Shown: in pieces, positions 19,463 to 28,818 of the stretch | Position numbering within the stretch: the first letter of the stretch is position 1 | Layout of the letters: each line of letters opens with the position of its first letter | DNA from: Candidatus Micrarchaeota archaeon | Lineage (GTDB): Archaea > Micrarchaeota > Micrarchaeia > Anstonellales > Bilamarchaeaceae | Length of the DNA: 64,000 nucleotides | NCBI GenBank assembly: GCA_043827025.1 | Contig: JBDRPL010000006.1 | Span: forward strand, 14,204 to 78,203 | Reading direction: 5' to 3' | Notes under the pieces: generated by a model | What the model was told of the DNA's origin: nothing | The model's database searches: none | Seen by the model: the letters and a program-made list of their open reading frames with translations, nothing else | Position numbers and translations under genes: made by a program

Positions 19463-19529
19463 AAAACTTCACATTAGTCTATTGCTTGAAAATCTTAAAA
19501 GGGTATGCAATGGTGCAGCGATAAATATT

Positions 19530-21905
19530 TCAGAAAAACGACTCAAGCCCCTTCTGCTTTCCACCGACTTTCAGATCTGTCTCGTCAAATCCCAATTCCT
19601 TCAATATCTTCATAACTGCAGGAAGCAATTGGTTGTTTATATAATAATCCACATCGTAGTCTTTTGCAAACTCTAATGGTTCTGCCTTTTCAGATATCGT
19701 CTTACCTTTCTTAGTTACGACGTATCTTATTATGCTGCCCTTGGTTATGTCAACACCACGTTCAATTGCTTTCAAAGCTGCTGAAATCTCAGGGCTTTTT
19801 ATCTCGTATTTAGACGGGGGTTTGCTGATCTGGGTGCTGATTGCAAGTTCCTCAAGATTTACCTTGCCTTCCTTCAGTCGTTTGATCGTATTTTGCACGA
19901 TCTCAACTGCCTTTTCCTTGCTTCCGTCTTTCAATATAGCTTCAAGCACTTTCCTTTGTGTGTTGCGTGCTATACCTGACCAATCCCTTCTTACAAGTTC
20001 AAATCCACGTATCTTTATCCTTCCATCCTCACTTATCAAAGCATATTTCTTCTTTGCCCCGACATCTTTTCCAGCCACTTTCTTTGTGACAAAAACTCCT
20101 CGCGGATAGAATGCTTCTAACTCCAATTCCATTCTTTCAGGAAGCTTTTTGTTCACCTTTTCCATGAATTCAAGGACTTCGTTCTTGTGTTTGTAAATCA
20201 AAAACACAGAATCCGTGTCGCTATAAAGGACTTCCATCCCTTTTTTCCCAGCTTCTGCTATTGTATTCTGTATGTGCTCTCTTCCCCATGCAGTTGTGCT
20301 TGCACCACACTTCCTCGAATACCATCTTGCGCGCGGGTAGACGCTGAATCCATAGAAGCTATTTGCAAGTATTTTCAAGGAGAATTGTCTTGCGTTCAAT
20401 CTTTTGTATTCTTCAGAATCCTTACTAAGCGATTTCAGCTGTTTCTTTATTTTGCTCCTTGCCTCAATGACATCTTCAAGCACCATTGGGATTATTCCTT
20501 TTGGTTTTTTCATGAACCTGGTGCCGTCTGGGGCAACATGCACATCATTTGTTTCAGAATCAGCAACAGTCTCGGGACTTATATTATAGGATGTTATTAT
20601 GGATGGGTACAATCCCCTGAAGTCAAGCACTGCGATGTTTTCATATATCCCTGGCTTTGGTAGTTTTACATATGCTCCTTGTATTGGGTTGCCCATTCTT
20701 TCCTGGATTTCAGATCCTCTGGGTTTCGGAGGAATCACAAACTCATGCTTTGCAGCATTGAACATCAATAGCTGTTCTACTAACTGGCCGCTGGTAGATA
20801 TGCTAACTTCGAAAAGAGGCATCTTTGTAATAATGCTGAGCTCTTTTAATATTGGCAGGAATTCTTTTCCAAGCACGTCTGTAGCATCAGCATCCATTAG
20901 GGAATAATCAGCCAGTTCATCTATTTCGTTGCTGTCCCATATTTCCCAGATATTGAGTCTCTGGACCATCTTCTTTCCTTTTCCAGTTATTGATGCGTAC
21001 ACTGCTTCAAGAGTGTATTGATTTGTTTTTATCAGGCCTATGAATCCGAAGAACCTTGCTGGTGGATACAAGTCGATATGTATCCTTCCATTCAGCTTCA
21101 CACCATTTATCATGCCCTTGCTTATGCTTTTTATCTTTCCTGGCCACCTTCCGAATTGGAGATTCGTTCTTAGAATTTCTGATCTTTTTTCCAGGTACGG
21201 AAAATCGAAATTTGTTGAATTGTAGCCAAGCAGGACATCCGGATCCTCTTCTTTTAGCACTTTTCCGAATTCTTCAAGTGCTTCCTTTTCATTCTTTTTT
21301 GTTTTCACGAATTTGCGATCTGATCTCTTGTAAGTGGCAACGCCCCTTGTCTTTCCATGCCAACTTATCATTATTACAGGATCTATCTCTTCTCTAGGTG
21401 CGCCTTTTGGATTGTAGGTTTCTATGTCGAATGCAAGTGTTTTCAATGACATCTCTGTTTCTTCCTGGGATCTTATCTTCTTTATGAATTTCCCATCGAC
21501 TTCGTATTTAATAATTGAGAAAGGCGTCAACCCAAAATCAAGCATGAATCTTTTTGCAAATGGGATTGCGTATTCATAACACGTGAATGGCATGGCTGCT
21601 TTCAATACTGGGACGAACGCAGGCTCCCTGCAATATATTTTCAGAAATTTCTTTTTTTCCATTCCAAGTATCTTGGTTACCTGCTCTACCCTTTCCACTG
21701 ATGCAACCTCTCCGGTTTTGAGTGTTGCCTTGACTTTCAGAACAAGGTCTTTCTTTTCAATTGGCGCATCTGCATAAAAATATGGCAAGTATTTGTAGTA
21801 TCTTCTGCACGGCCTTTTCCCTTTCAAATAAAGACGTACGTATGTTTCATTGTCCTTGACAATATAATCTGCATCTATGAAATAAGCCTTCTTTAGCATA
21901 ACCAT
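19530..21905 (-). CDS. polB: Family B DNA polymerase (PolB3-type), no intein
   Basis: Exonuclease DIET and YN...FD motifs; DFRGLYPSII, KILANSFYG, YSDTDS, KKKYA; C-terminal PIP box QKGLESFF. Confidence 0.97.
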   Translation of the reverse strand: MVMLKKAYFIDADYIVKDNETYVRLYLKGKRPCRRYYKYLPYFYADAPIEKKDLVLKVKATLKTGEVASVERVEQVTKILGMEKKKFLKIYCREPAFVPVLKAAMPFTCYEYAIPFAKRFMLDFGLTPFSIIKYEVDGKFIKKIRSQEETEMSLKTLAFDIETYNPKGAPREEIDPVIMISWHGKTRGVATYKRSDRKFVKTKKNEKEALEEFGKVLKEEDPDVLLGYNSTNFDFPYLEKRSEILRTNLQFGRWPGKIKSISKGMINGVKLNGRIHIDLYPPARFFGFIGLIKTNQYTLEAVYASITGKGKKMVQRLNIWEIWDSNEIDELADYSLMDADATDVLGKEFLPILKELSIITKMPLFEVSISTSGQLVEQLLMFNAAKHEFVIPPKPRGSEIQERMGNPIQGAYVKLPKPGIYENIAVLDFRGLYPSIITSYNISPETVADSETNDVHVAPDGTRFMKKPKGIIPMVLEDVIEARSKIKKQLKSLSKDSEEYKRLNARQFSLKILANSFYGFSVYPRARWYSRKCGASTTAWGREHIQNTIAEAGKKGMEVLYSDTDSVFLIYKHKNEVLEFMEKVNKKLPERMELELEAFYPRGVFVTKKVAGKDVGAKKKYALISEDGRIKIRGFELVRRDWSGIARNTQRKVLEAILKDGSKEKAVEIVQNTIKRLKEGKVNLEELAISTQISKPPSKYEIKSPEISAALKAIERGVDITKGSIIRYVVTKKGKTISEKAEPLEFAKDYDVDYYINNQLLPAVMKILKELGFDETDLKVGGKQKGLESFF

Positions 21906-21969
21906 ATATCACAGGCTGTTATTTTAAAGAATACGAAAAAGAAGAATTATAAAAGAAAAAAATTTATAT

Positions 21970-22701
21970 TTATCTCTTCAAAGCGACTTCCTTGTCTGTC
22001 AATTCAGTAAGGACGTCATCGTGGATGAATCTCCTTCCACCAACCTTTACGTGTGGGATTCTTCCTCTATCGAGCCTTCTTTCGAATGCGTTTCTCTTTA
22101 TTCTGATTCCTTTTTTATGCATCTCTTTTACAGCTTCGCTTACAGAATAATAATTCTGGCTGATATGTGTCAATGCCTCGACTGCGTTTCTTGGAATCAA
22201 TCTTCGCGTTCCGAACTTTACAGAAGGTACGCTTCCTTTTTCTATTCTTCCTATAAATGCCCTGAAGTTTATCTTACCATTCGTCTTTTTGTATTCTTGG
22301 TAAGCTTCCCTAACCGTGTAAAAGTCCTTCTTCGTATTTAATATGTCGTCGAGAACTGATCTCGGTATGAATCTTTTCCTACCTACCTTTACGAATGGTA
22401 TTGTGCCACGCTCTATCCTTCCGCCGAATGCCCTGAATGAAATGTAAAGTCCATTTCCTTTCAGATAATCATATGCGCTTCTCACGGAATAGATGCTGTG
22501 CCTTGATTCAAGATCGTCTTCATTCACTCTCTGTTTGTAGAGATTTTGTGCTGCTTTGAAGACTGTGGCAACTGATCCGGAAAGTGATTTCTCATCTCTT
22601 TCCCTGATCTTTTTTATATTTTCCACATTCAGCATCTTGTAGTCTTCAACTACCCTATCGTTCGTATCTGTTTCAATTATTATTCTTTTTCCTCTTGGCA
22701 T
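21970..22701 (-). CDS. DNA-binding protein with three tandem excisionase-like (HTH_17/MerR-type) domains
   Basis: Three repeats Y[ST]V..A...AF..R[IL][ED][RK]G.[IV]P.VK[VF]G..R[FL]I. Confidence 0.85.
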   Translation of the reverse strand: MPRGKRIIIETDTNDRVVEDYKMLNVENIKKIRERDEKSLSGSVATVFKAAQNLYKQRVNEDDLESRHSIYSVRSAYDYLKGNGLYISFRAFGGRIERGTIPFVKVGRKRFIPRSVLDDILNTKKDFYTVREAYQEYKKTNGKINFRAFIGRIEKGSVPSVKFGTRRLIPRNAVEALTHISQNYYSVSEAVKEMHKKGIRIKRNAFERRLDRGRIPHVKVGGRRFIHDDVLTELTDKEVALKR

Positions 22702-22785
22702 GTTCACACCTTCATTTTGTTGTTAAGTATGGTAATACATTATTCCATAGGGTTTATAAATACTACCATCTTTCACTTCGTTTTA

Positions 22786-24039
22786 TCACTCTTTCCTGAA
22801 CCATAAACGGTACGCCCCATATACGAAAACGATTAATAAAATCACTCCACCTGCAACATATTCTATCGGGAGTCCGCTTTTTTGAGGAGGTTTGTCCCCA
22901 ACCGCCGTTTCGTTTTTAGTCTGGTTGTTGTCCACTGCTACTGGCGGGTTTCCAGGTATGCTTAGCCTGGCTTCAAGACTTTGCTTGTTTCCTTCTTTGT
23001 CGCTGACATCTATGACAATGGATACAATGCTTCCCTCAGTCTTCGGGATCTCTGCCTTGAATTGGTCTTTTGTAACAGGGTAAATCACCGCTTTTTTCCA
23101 ATTTCCTGATCCATCTATTTCATACTTCAAGCTTATACTTTCAGTTACCACCCCGCTGGCATATCCACCAGCATCCTTTACACTTATCAAAACTTCCGCC
23201 ACCTTCTCCTTAATCTGTGTTTTCAATAAGATTTCAGGCGGAGTCTTATCAAAAATGACTTCGTATTCTTTATTCAAAGAAAGATCCACTTCTATTGTTT
23301 TTTCACTTCCTCCGTATGTTACCAAGAGAGTTTGTTGGGCAGACATAATGTCTTTGAAGTTTGCCTCACCATTCTCGTCTGTTTGGTACCTCTTTCCCAA
23401 GAACTCTATTTCTGCCTGGACAGGTTTGCCATATTCATCAATTGTCCTGATTTTCATAGGATAGAAGTCGGCTCTTAGATTGACTGTTGAATCATCTTCT
23501 ACAAGTATTTGTTTCTGTATCTTTTCACCAGAAACTGTCATAAAAACTATATGGTTTCCTGGCGCAAGGTCAAAAGTTACCCACCCAGTTTCCCCACTGC
23601 TCCTTTCAATTCCATCAACAATTATCTTTGCATTTTTTATTGCAGCTCCATTTTGGTCTGTTAAAACCATGAGCGTCTTGTAGGTATTGAACCTCAAGTC
23701 TGTCCTTCCTTGTCCCACACCTATTGTTTTTGTTATGTTTTGTCCTTGGTATATGCCATTCACACCTATATCGCAATCCGTTCTCATAATCTCCTGTTCA
23801 GTATTGTAAATCATAAATTCCACAAGCCCGCTTGAATTTGTTGGCAGTGTCTTGGTTTTAGCTGTTTTATCATAGGCAATACTATATGTCAGGTATACCA
23901 AAGCGCCTTCAATGGGCCTTACCTTCGCATCAATTGCCCTGACTTGTATATCATCCACAAACCCAGGTTCACACACACCCATTGTTGCAAAACTCAGGGC
24001 GATGAAAATCATTAAATGGAGGATAAAACGTATTTTCAT
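22786..24039 (-). CDS. Secreted surface protein with carboxypeptidase-regulatory/Ig-like repeats and C-terminal TM
   Basis: Signal peptide; repeated D..G.PI..A.V and T...G.V.F motifs; TM plus basic tail. Confidence 0.8.
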   Translation of the reverse strand: MKIRFILHLMIFIALSFATMGVCEPGFVDDIQVRAIDAKVRPIEGALVYLTYSIAYDKTAKTKTLPTNSSGLVEFMIYNTEQEIMRTDCDIGVNGIYQGQNITKTIGVGQGRTDLRFNTYKTLMVLTDQNGAAIKNAKIIVDGIERSSGETGWVTFDLAPGNHIVFMTVSGEKIQKQILVEDDSTVNLRADFYPMKIRTIDEYGKPVQAEIEFLGKRYQTDENGEANFKDIMSAQQTLLVTYGGSEKTIEVDLSLNKEYEVIFDKTPPEILLKTQIKEKVAEVLISVKDAGGYASGVVTESISLKYEIDGSGNWKKAVIYPVTKDQFKAEIPKTEGSIVSIVIDVSDKEGNKQSLEARLSIPGNPPVAVDNNQTKNETAVGDKPPQKSGLPIEYVAGGVILLIVFVYGAYRLWFRKE

Positions 24040-24317
24040 GATAATACTTTAAACAGAAAGTATATAAATATGATGTTTTTCATCGTTAAATGTTAAAATC
24101 TTGTTTGAAAATACTATTTTTGTGTATTTTTACTATTATTTGCACATTTTTAGGGTCCAAAATGTGGTTTTGTACATTTTAAATGCAATATTTTGAATAA
24201 TGTCACATGAATAGTCAAATCATGGTTCATGTTTAGGTGGTTGTGTGGACCATAGAATCAGATGCCCAACAGAACACATAAGTACATTTAAGAACATTTC
24301 CATACACACTGTATTAT

Positions 24318-25010
24318 ATAAAACAATTACATGCTCAAAGTGCAAACGGAAGAAATCAAAGAACCATAGTTGCTCGCATTGCGACAACTACTACGGCAGC
24401 AATTATCGGATTACAGGGGTTGATGGGTTTGCCTTTAATTGAATCTGTTGCTATTGCACAACCGAGACCTGCTCCTACAAGGTTATATGATTATTCCACA
24501 AATCCTGTTAGGGAACTTTCTGCCGAAGAAGCAGTGTTAACTCTTAATAGAGCAGTTAATGATCTGGATAGTGCTCGTAGCACACTTCGCCTTACTGGAA
24601 CAAAAGCAATTCCCCTGTTAATTGAAAGATTGAGCAATCCAGATCTCTCGGTGAGAATTGAAGCTGCTGAATTGATTGGGAGTATCGCACGAGAAGATGA
24701 CAGTGTTGATCTTAATAATCCATATTTGTTTAAATGTTCTGTAGCAATTTCTCCGCTCACTGAAGCATTGAAGAGTTCTGATCCACGTTGGAAGTCACAG
24801 GCTGCTGAAACTATCGGAGTTCTGGCAGTAGCGGCACGCGAGAAATACGGTGTTCTTGCCTTTGAAACAGTCGATCTGTTCTCTCTTGCAATACCTGATT
24901 TAACTGAACTAAGCAAAGATACTGCGAATCCCATGGGGCAAGTAAATGCAGTCTGGGCGCTTCAGCGTATTGCTGCATGCATTCATGTTAATTCACAACG
25001 TGAGAAATGA
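24318..25010 (+). CDS. HEAT-repeat protein with N-terminal signal-like segment; start codon uncertain (ATA 24318, or TTG/ATG 24420-24423)
   Basis: AIPLLIERL..PD..VR..AAE.IG HEAT repeats; frame open back to 24282. Confidence 0.7.
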   Translation: MKQLHAQSANGRNQRTIVARIATTTTAAIIGLQGLMGLPLIESVAIAQPRPAPTRLYDYSTNPVRELSAEEAVLTLNRAVNDLDSARSTLRLTGTKAIPLLIERLSNPDLSVRIEAAELIGSIAREDDSVDLNNPYLFKCSVAISPLTEALKSSDPRWKSQAAETIGVLAVAAREKYGVLAFETVDLFSLAIPDLTELSKDTANPMGQVNAVWALQRIAACIHVNSQREK

Positions 25011-25038
25011 TATTTTTTACTTTTTTATAAATAAAAAA

Positions 25039-25221
25039 CGAGCTCGGTAGGATTTGTTCCATGGTAAAAGCCGCGTGGCTTTTGACCAATCCCTTTACTT
25101 TTGCCATTAGAAATCCTTGGTCCAAAAGTAATGGGCTTGAACCCACAACCTACAGGTTGCTCCAGCAATTTGGAGAAGGCTTCCGAAGCCTATCGCTCTA
25201 TCCAAGTTGAGCTACGAGCCC
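25039..25221 (-). tRNA. tRNA-Arg(TCG) with two introns (25158-25182 at 37/38; 25054-25136 at 58/59); CCA not encoded
   Basis: Acceptor GGGCTCG/CGAGCTC, D arm GCTC/GAGC, anticodon stem ATAGG/CCTGT, spliced T arm GTGGG-TTCAAAT-CCTAC; bulge-helix geometry at both introns. Confidence 0.93.
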
Positions 25222-25272
25222 GTAGCAATTATTTCTGTTGACAATTAGTTATAAATCTACCGAAAAAAGAAG

Positions 25273-26181
25273 TTATTTCGTAGTTATCTCACAACCCTTT
25301 TCAGTAACAATTATCGTATGCTCTGCCTGTGAAACTATTCCCTTTCCCGTATCTTTCAAAACAGGATAGCCTCGTATTACTTGGCTTGACAATAATTCTC
25401 GAAGCGATGCACCTACTAACATTTTCGATTTGAATTCCTTTCTTATCCATCTTTCTGCGAACGGTGTCATTCCGTAATTATCTAGAACATGCTTCAATAT
25501 CTGCCTTGTGTGCCTCATCCTTATTGGATTCGGACCGTAGATGCTGAATATCTCTACCTGCTCAGAATCTTCAACATATCCTGCTCCATTGGTTGCGAAC
25601 GGTTCTATTGCAAAAACATCCCCAACCTGGAATTGGTAGTTATCCTTTGTCTTTACACTTGGAACATCAATGCCTGCATGCAGATCATATCTTCTTATCA
25701 TATGGCCGCTGAGGTTGCTTATCGGCTTGAAGCCGAATGATTTTATTGTTTCTTCAACCACTCCGCCAACTTCACCATTTGTTATCCCTGGCTTTATCGT
25801 CTGCAATGCTTTTTCTAATGCAGCTTCTGAAGCTTCGATTAGTTTTTGATTTTTGTCACTCAGATCAACACTGTAGGCAGTGTCTGCAATTGCTCCGTTA
25901 AGGTGTGCGCCTATATCTATCTTTACAAGGTCTGTTTCTTTTAGGCATTGCTGGCACTCTACTTCCGGAGTGTAATGAGCTGCAATCTCGTTTATTGAAA
26001 TATTCACTGGAAACGCAACCTTCAAGCCTTCTTCTACAATCATCTGCTCTATTGTTTCTGCAATGTCAAGAAGCGGAGTTCCTATCATTATAAGCGACTT
26101 GCTTTCTTCTCTGATCTTTGAGGTTATTCGGCCTGCTTGCCTGTAATCTTCTAGATCTTCTTTTTCTTCTATTTCTTCCAT
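25273..26181 (-). CDS. map: Methionine aminopeptidase type II
   Basis: AFPVNIS.NE.AAHYTP, KIDIGAH, DTA, NLSGH, AIEPFAT, QAEHT. Confidence 0.96.
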   Translation of the reverse strand: MEEIEEKEDLEDYRQAGRITSKIREESKSLIMIGTPLLDIAETIEQMIVEEGLKVAFPVNISINEIAAHYTPEVECQQCLKETDLVKIDIGAHLNGAIADTAYSVDLSDKNQKLIEASEAALEKALQTIKPGITNGEVGGVVEETIKSFGFKPISNLSGHMIRRYDLHAGIDVPSVKTKDNYQFQVGDVFAIEPFATNGAGYVEDSEQVEIFSIYGPNPIRMRHTRQILKHVLDNYGMTPFAERWIRKEFKSKMLVGASLRELLSSQVIRGYPVLKDTGKGIVSQAEHTIIVTEKGCEITTK

Positions 26182-26259
26182 ATCTCAATTTCTGTTCAGG
26201 AGGGTTAAAAAAACTGAGCGAATAATCCTTATTTCTTTCTTTTCTAAGTATTATCTGTT

Positions 26260-28794
26260 ATGCCAACCCTAGTGGAATTGATCAAGGAGAGGTTCAAAGA
26301 CCTTACTGAAATACAGAAGCTAGCAATACCTAGGATTCTAAATGGCGAGAATGTTTTGATTATGGCTCCCACTGGATTCGGAAAAACAGAATCCGCATTA
26401 CTCCCTGTCCTCGAAAAAATAAATAAAAAAGAACCTGGCATACAAGCACTTTACATCTCACCGCTTCGAGCATTGTCGCGAGACTTGAAACAGAGATTCG
26501 ATTGGTGGTGCGACCGCCTTGAAATAAGCCATGATGCGAGAACGGGGGATACTACTGCTCATGAACGGACAAAGCACAGAAACAAGCCACCCCAAATATT
26601 ACTGACAACTCCAGAAAGTCTCCAAGCGTTATTCATTGGAAAAGTGATGCGTGAGCATCTTAAGAAGATAAAATTCGTCATTGTTGATGAAATCCACGAC
26701 ATTCTCGACACGAAACGAGGTTCGCAATTGTCAATGGCACTTGAGCGATTGGCAGAAGTTGCGAATTTCCAAAGACTGGGGCTGTCAGCAACTGTTTCAA
26801 ATGAAGCCGAAGCTGCAAAACTTCTTTTTGGAGAAAGGCAGTATGCAATTGCAGAAGTGGGAAAGAAAAGAGCGCTTGACATCACAATTGAGAATTTGCA
26901 TTCGCAGGATCAGCGCATCAAACGGCTCAAAGAACTTTCCGAAACCAACAGAAGCCTTATTTTTGTCAATACGCGTGCGATTGCAGAAGAAGTCGGAGCA
27001 ACGCTCAAGAAAGAAGGCGCTCCGATAGATGTGCATCATGGATCTTTATCAAAAGAAGTTCGATTAAGCGCAGAAGACAAGTTCAAATCAGGAGAAACCA
27101 AATCATTGATTGCAACTTCCTCACTTGAATTAGGAATAGATGTCGGAGACGTTAATCTTGTTGTTCAATTCTCATCTCCAAGACAAGTTGCAAGGCTTGT
27201 GCAAAGGGTTGGAAGAAGCGGCCATGCGCTTGACAAGACTCCAAAAGGTATCGTAATTACGACTGACCTTGATGACTATTTAGAGGCAGAGGCAATACTC
27301 TCGCTTCTCAAAAATGGATGGATGGAGGACAAAAAAGTCCAAAGAGGAGCATATGATGTCATCGCGCACCAAGTAATCGGAGTCTGCTTAGACAATTTCG
27401 GAAATCTTAACCTCCGAGATGTTCACAAAATTCTTTCAAGGAGCTATGCTTATGATATAAGCTATGAAAAGCTGAAGTTGGTTGCCCTTCAACTTTATTC
27501 TGAAAGCATTCTTTCATATAATGACAATGGAGACGAATTCCTAATAAGGCCAACTAGGAATGCGAGGGAGTATTATTACTCGAATCTATCGACTATTCCA
27601 AAGGAAAAGAAATACTTCATGAAGAATATTTCATCCAATTCGAATGTTGCTTTGCTTGATGAAAAGTTTGTTCTCAATCTAGAGATCGGCTCAAGTTTCC
27701 TTGCAAAAGGCCAGCCATGGATGGTCATAGACATCACTGAGAATGAAGTTCTGGTGGATCCAAGCGTTGCAAGTGAAATTTCCATTCCTGAATGGATTGG
27801 TGAAGAGATTCCAGTGGATCTTCAGGTTGCACAGAATGTCCTTGAACTCAGAAGACTGCGGAAAGAGTCAGACATGAAATCAAATGAGGCGGTAATGGAA
27901 CTTGTTGGCGAAGTAATTATCATTCACACCTGCCTTGGGACAAAAATAAATGAAACAATCAGCAGAATATTTTCCTACAATCTTTCAAAACTTGTTGGTG
28001 AAACAGTCCGTTCAGTTGTCGATCCATACCGAATCATTGTAAAACTTCCATTCCCGCTTGACGAGAAGCATCTGCTTCCTGCACTTAAAACTCCAAGTAT
28101 ACGCGCAACACTTGAACGCAGTCTGGAAGAATCATTCTTAATGAAGATGATGTTCACCCATGTTGCACGATTGTTTGGATTATTGGCACCCGATGCGAAA
28201 ATCTCAGGCCGTTTCATCTATGCAATGAGGAATTCAATTATTTATGATGAATGCCTGAGAACAATTTTCTCAAGGTTTTTCGATGTTGATCGCACTGAGA
28301 AAATACTTCCAGATCTAAAGATAAAGGTCGAAAAAAGAGAAAAGTTCTCAAAACTTGCGCAGCTTGGCATTGACAGGCTTTCAAGCGGTGAGGCGATAGG
28401 ATCATTTGAACCAAGAAAGGAGATGGTGATGGCTTTCAAGGAAAGGACACTATCCAAAACATTAGAGTTGCAGTGCCTTAATTGTGGCGCAACAAAACTG
28501 TTGTATCTTTACACTGCTCCAACCGACCCAAAACAGATTAAATGTGCAAAATGCAACCAACAGGCACTTACAATAAAAGGAGAAAGAAGAAGCGCAGAAG
28601 AAAAGGCACAGATGGCATCATTGATTAGAAATTACGGAAAGAATGCCTTGATTGCATTGGCAAGCTATGGTGTAGGTCCAAGGGTGGCGGAATACACGCT
28701 CAAGAGATTGCACAGGACAGAGGATGAATTCTATCTCGACCTTATAGAGGCGCAGAAGAATTTCATAAAAAACAAGAAATACTGGAAAATTTGA
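26260..28794 (+). CDS. lhr: Lhr-like ATP-dependent helicase
   Basis: APTGFGKT, SPLRAL, TTPESL, DEIH, SAT, LELGIDVG, QRVGRSGH, IPEWIGE; C-terminal Zn finger. Confidence 0.93.
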   Translation: MPTLVELIKERFKDLTEIQKLAIPRILNGENVLIMAPTGFGKTESALLPVLEKINKKEPGIQALYISPLRALSRDLKQRFDWWCDRLEISHDARTGDTTAHERTKHRNKPPQILLTTPESLQALFIGKVMREHLKKIKFVIVDEIHDILDTKRGSQLSMALERLAEVANFQRLGLSATVSNEAEAAKLLFGERQYAIAEVGKKRALDITIENLHSQDQRIKRLKELSETNRSLIFVNTRAIAEEVGATLKKEGAPIDVHHGSLSKEVRLSAEDKFKSGETKSLIATSSLELGIDVGDVNLVVQFSSPRQVARLVQRVGRSGHALDKTPKGIVITTDLDDYLEAEAILSLLKNGWMEDKKVQRGAYDVIAHQVIGVCLDNFGNLNLRDVHKILSRSYAYDISYEKLKLVALQLYSESILSYNDNGDEFLIRPTRNAREYYYSNLSTIPKEKKYFMKNISSNSNVALLDEKFVLNLEIGSSFLAKGQPWMVIDITENEVLVDPSVASEISIPEWIGEEIPVDLQVAQNVLELRRLRKESDMKSNEAVMELVGEVIIIHTCLGTKINETISRIFSYNLSKLVGETVRSVVDPYRIIVKLPFPLDEKHLLPALKTPSIRATLERSLEESFLMKMMFTHVARLFGLLAPDAKISGRFIYAMRNSIIYDECLRTIFSRFFDVDRTEKILPDLKIKVEKREKFSKLAQLGIDRLSSGEAIGSFEPRKEMVMAFKERTLSKTLELQCLNCGATKLLYLYTAPTDPKQIKCAKCNQQALTIKGERRSAEEKAQMASLIRNYGKNALIALASYGVGPRVAEYTLKRLHRTEDEFYLDLIEAQKNFIKNKKYWKI

Positions 28795-28818
28795 AATTTG
28801 TCTTTGTTGTTAATCTTA

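Noticed and set aside
18702..19477. Plus-strand ORFs of 198 and 138 aa, and similar short antisense ORFs throughout the track
   Set aside because: Shadows of better-supported genes on the opposite strand
19530..21905. Inactive or intein-containing PolB (YSDTDS and DFRGLYPS variants)
   Set aside because: All catalytic aspartates present and normal length; the substitutions are conservative
24040..24300. AT-rich gap as replication origin; 65-aa ORF 24245-24442
   Set aside because: No ORB-like repeats or adjacent cdc6 seen; the short ORF has no recognisable features and overlaps the HEAT gene frame
21970..25039. Possible integrated element at the tRNA-Arg 3' end (Xis-like gene, AT-rich gap, orphan)
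   Set aside because: No integrase, and no duplicate of the tRNA 3' end found by eye
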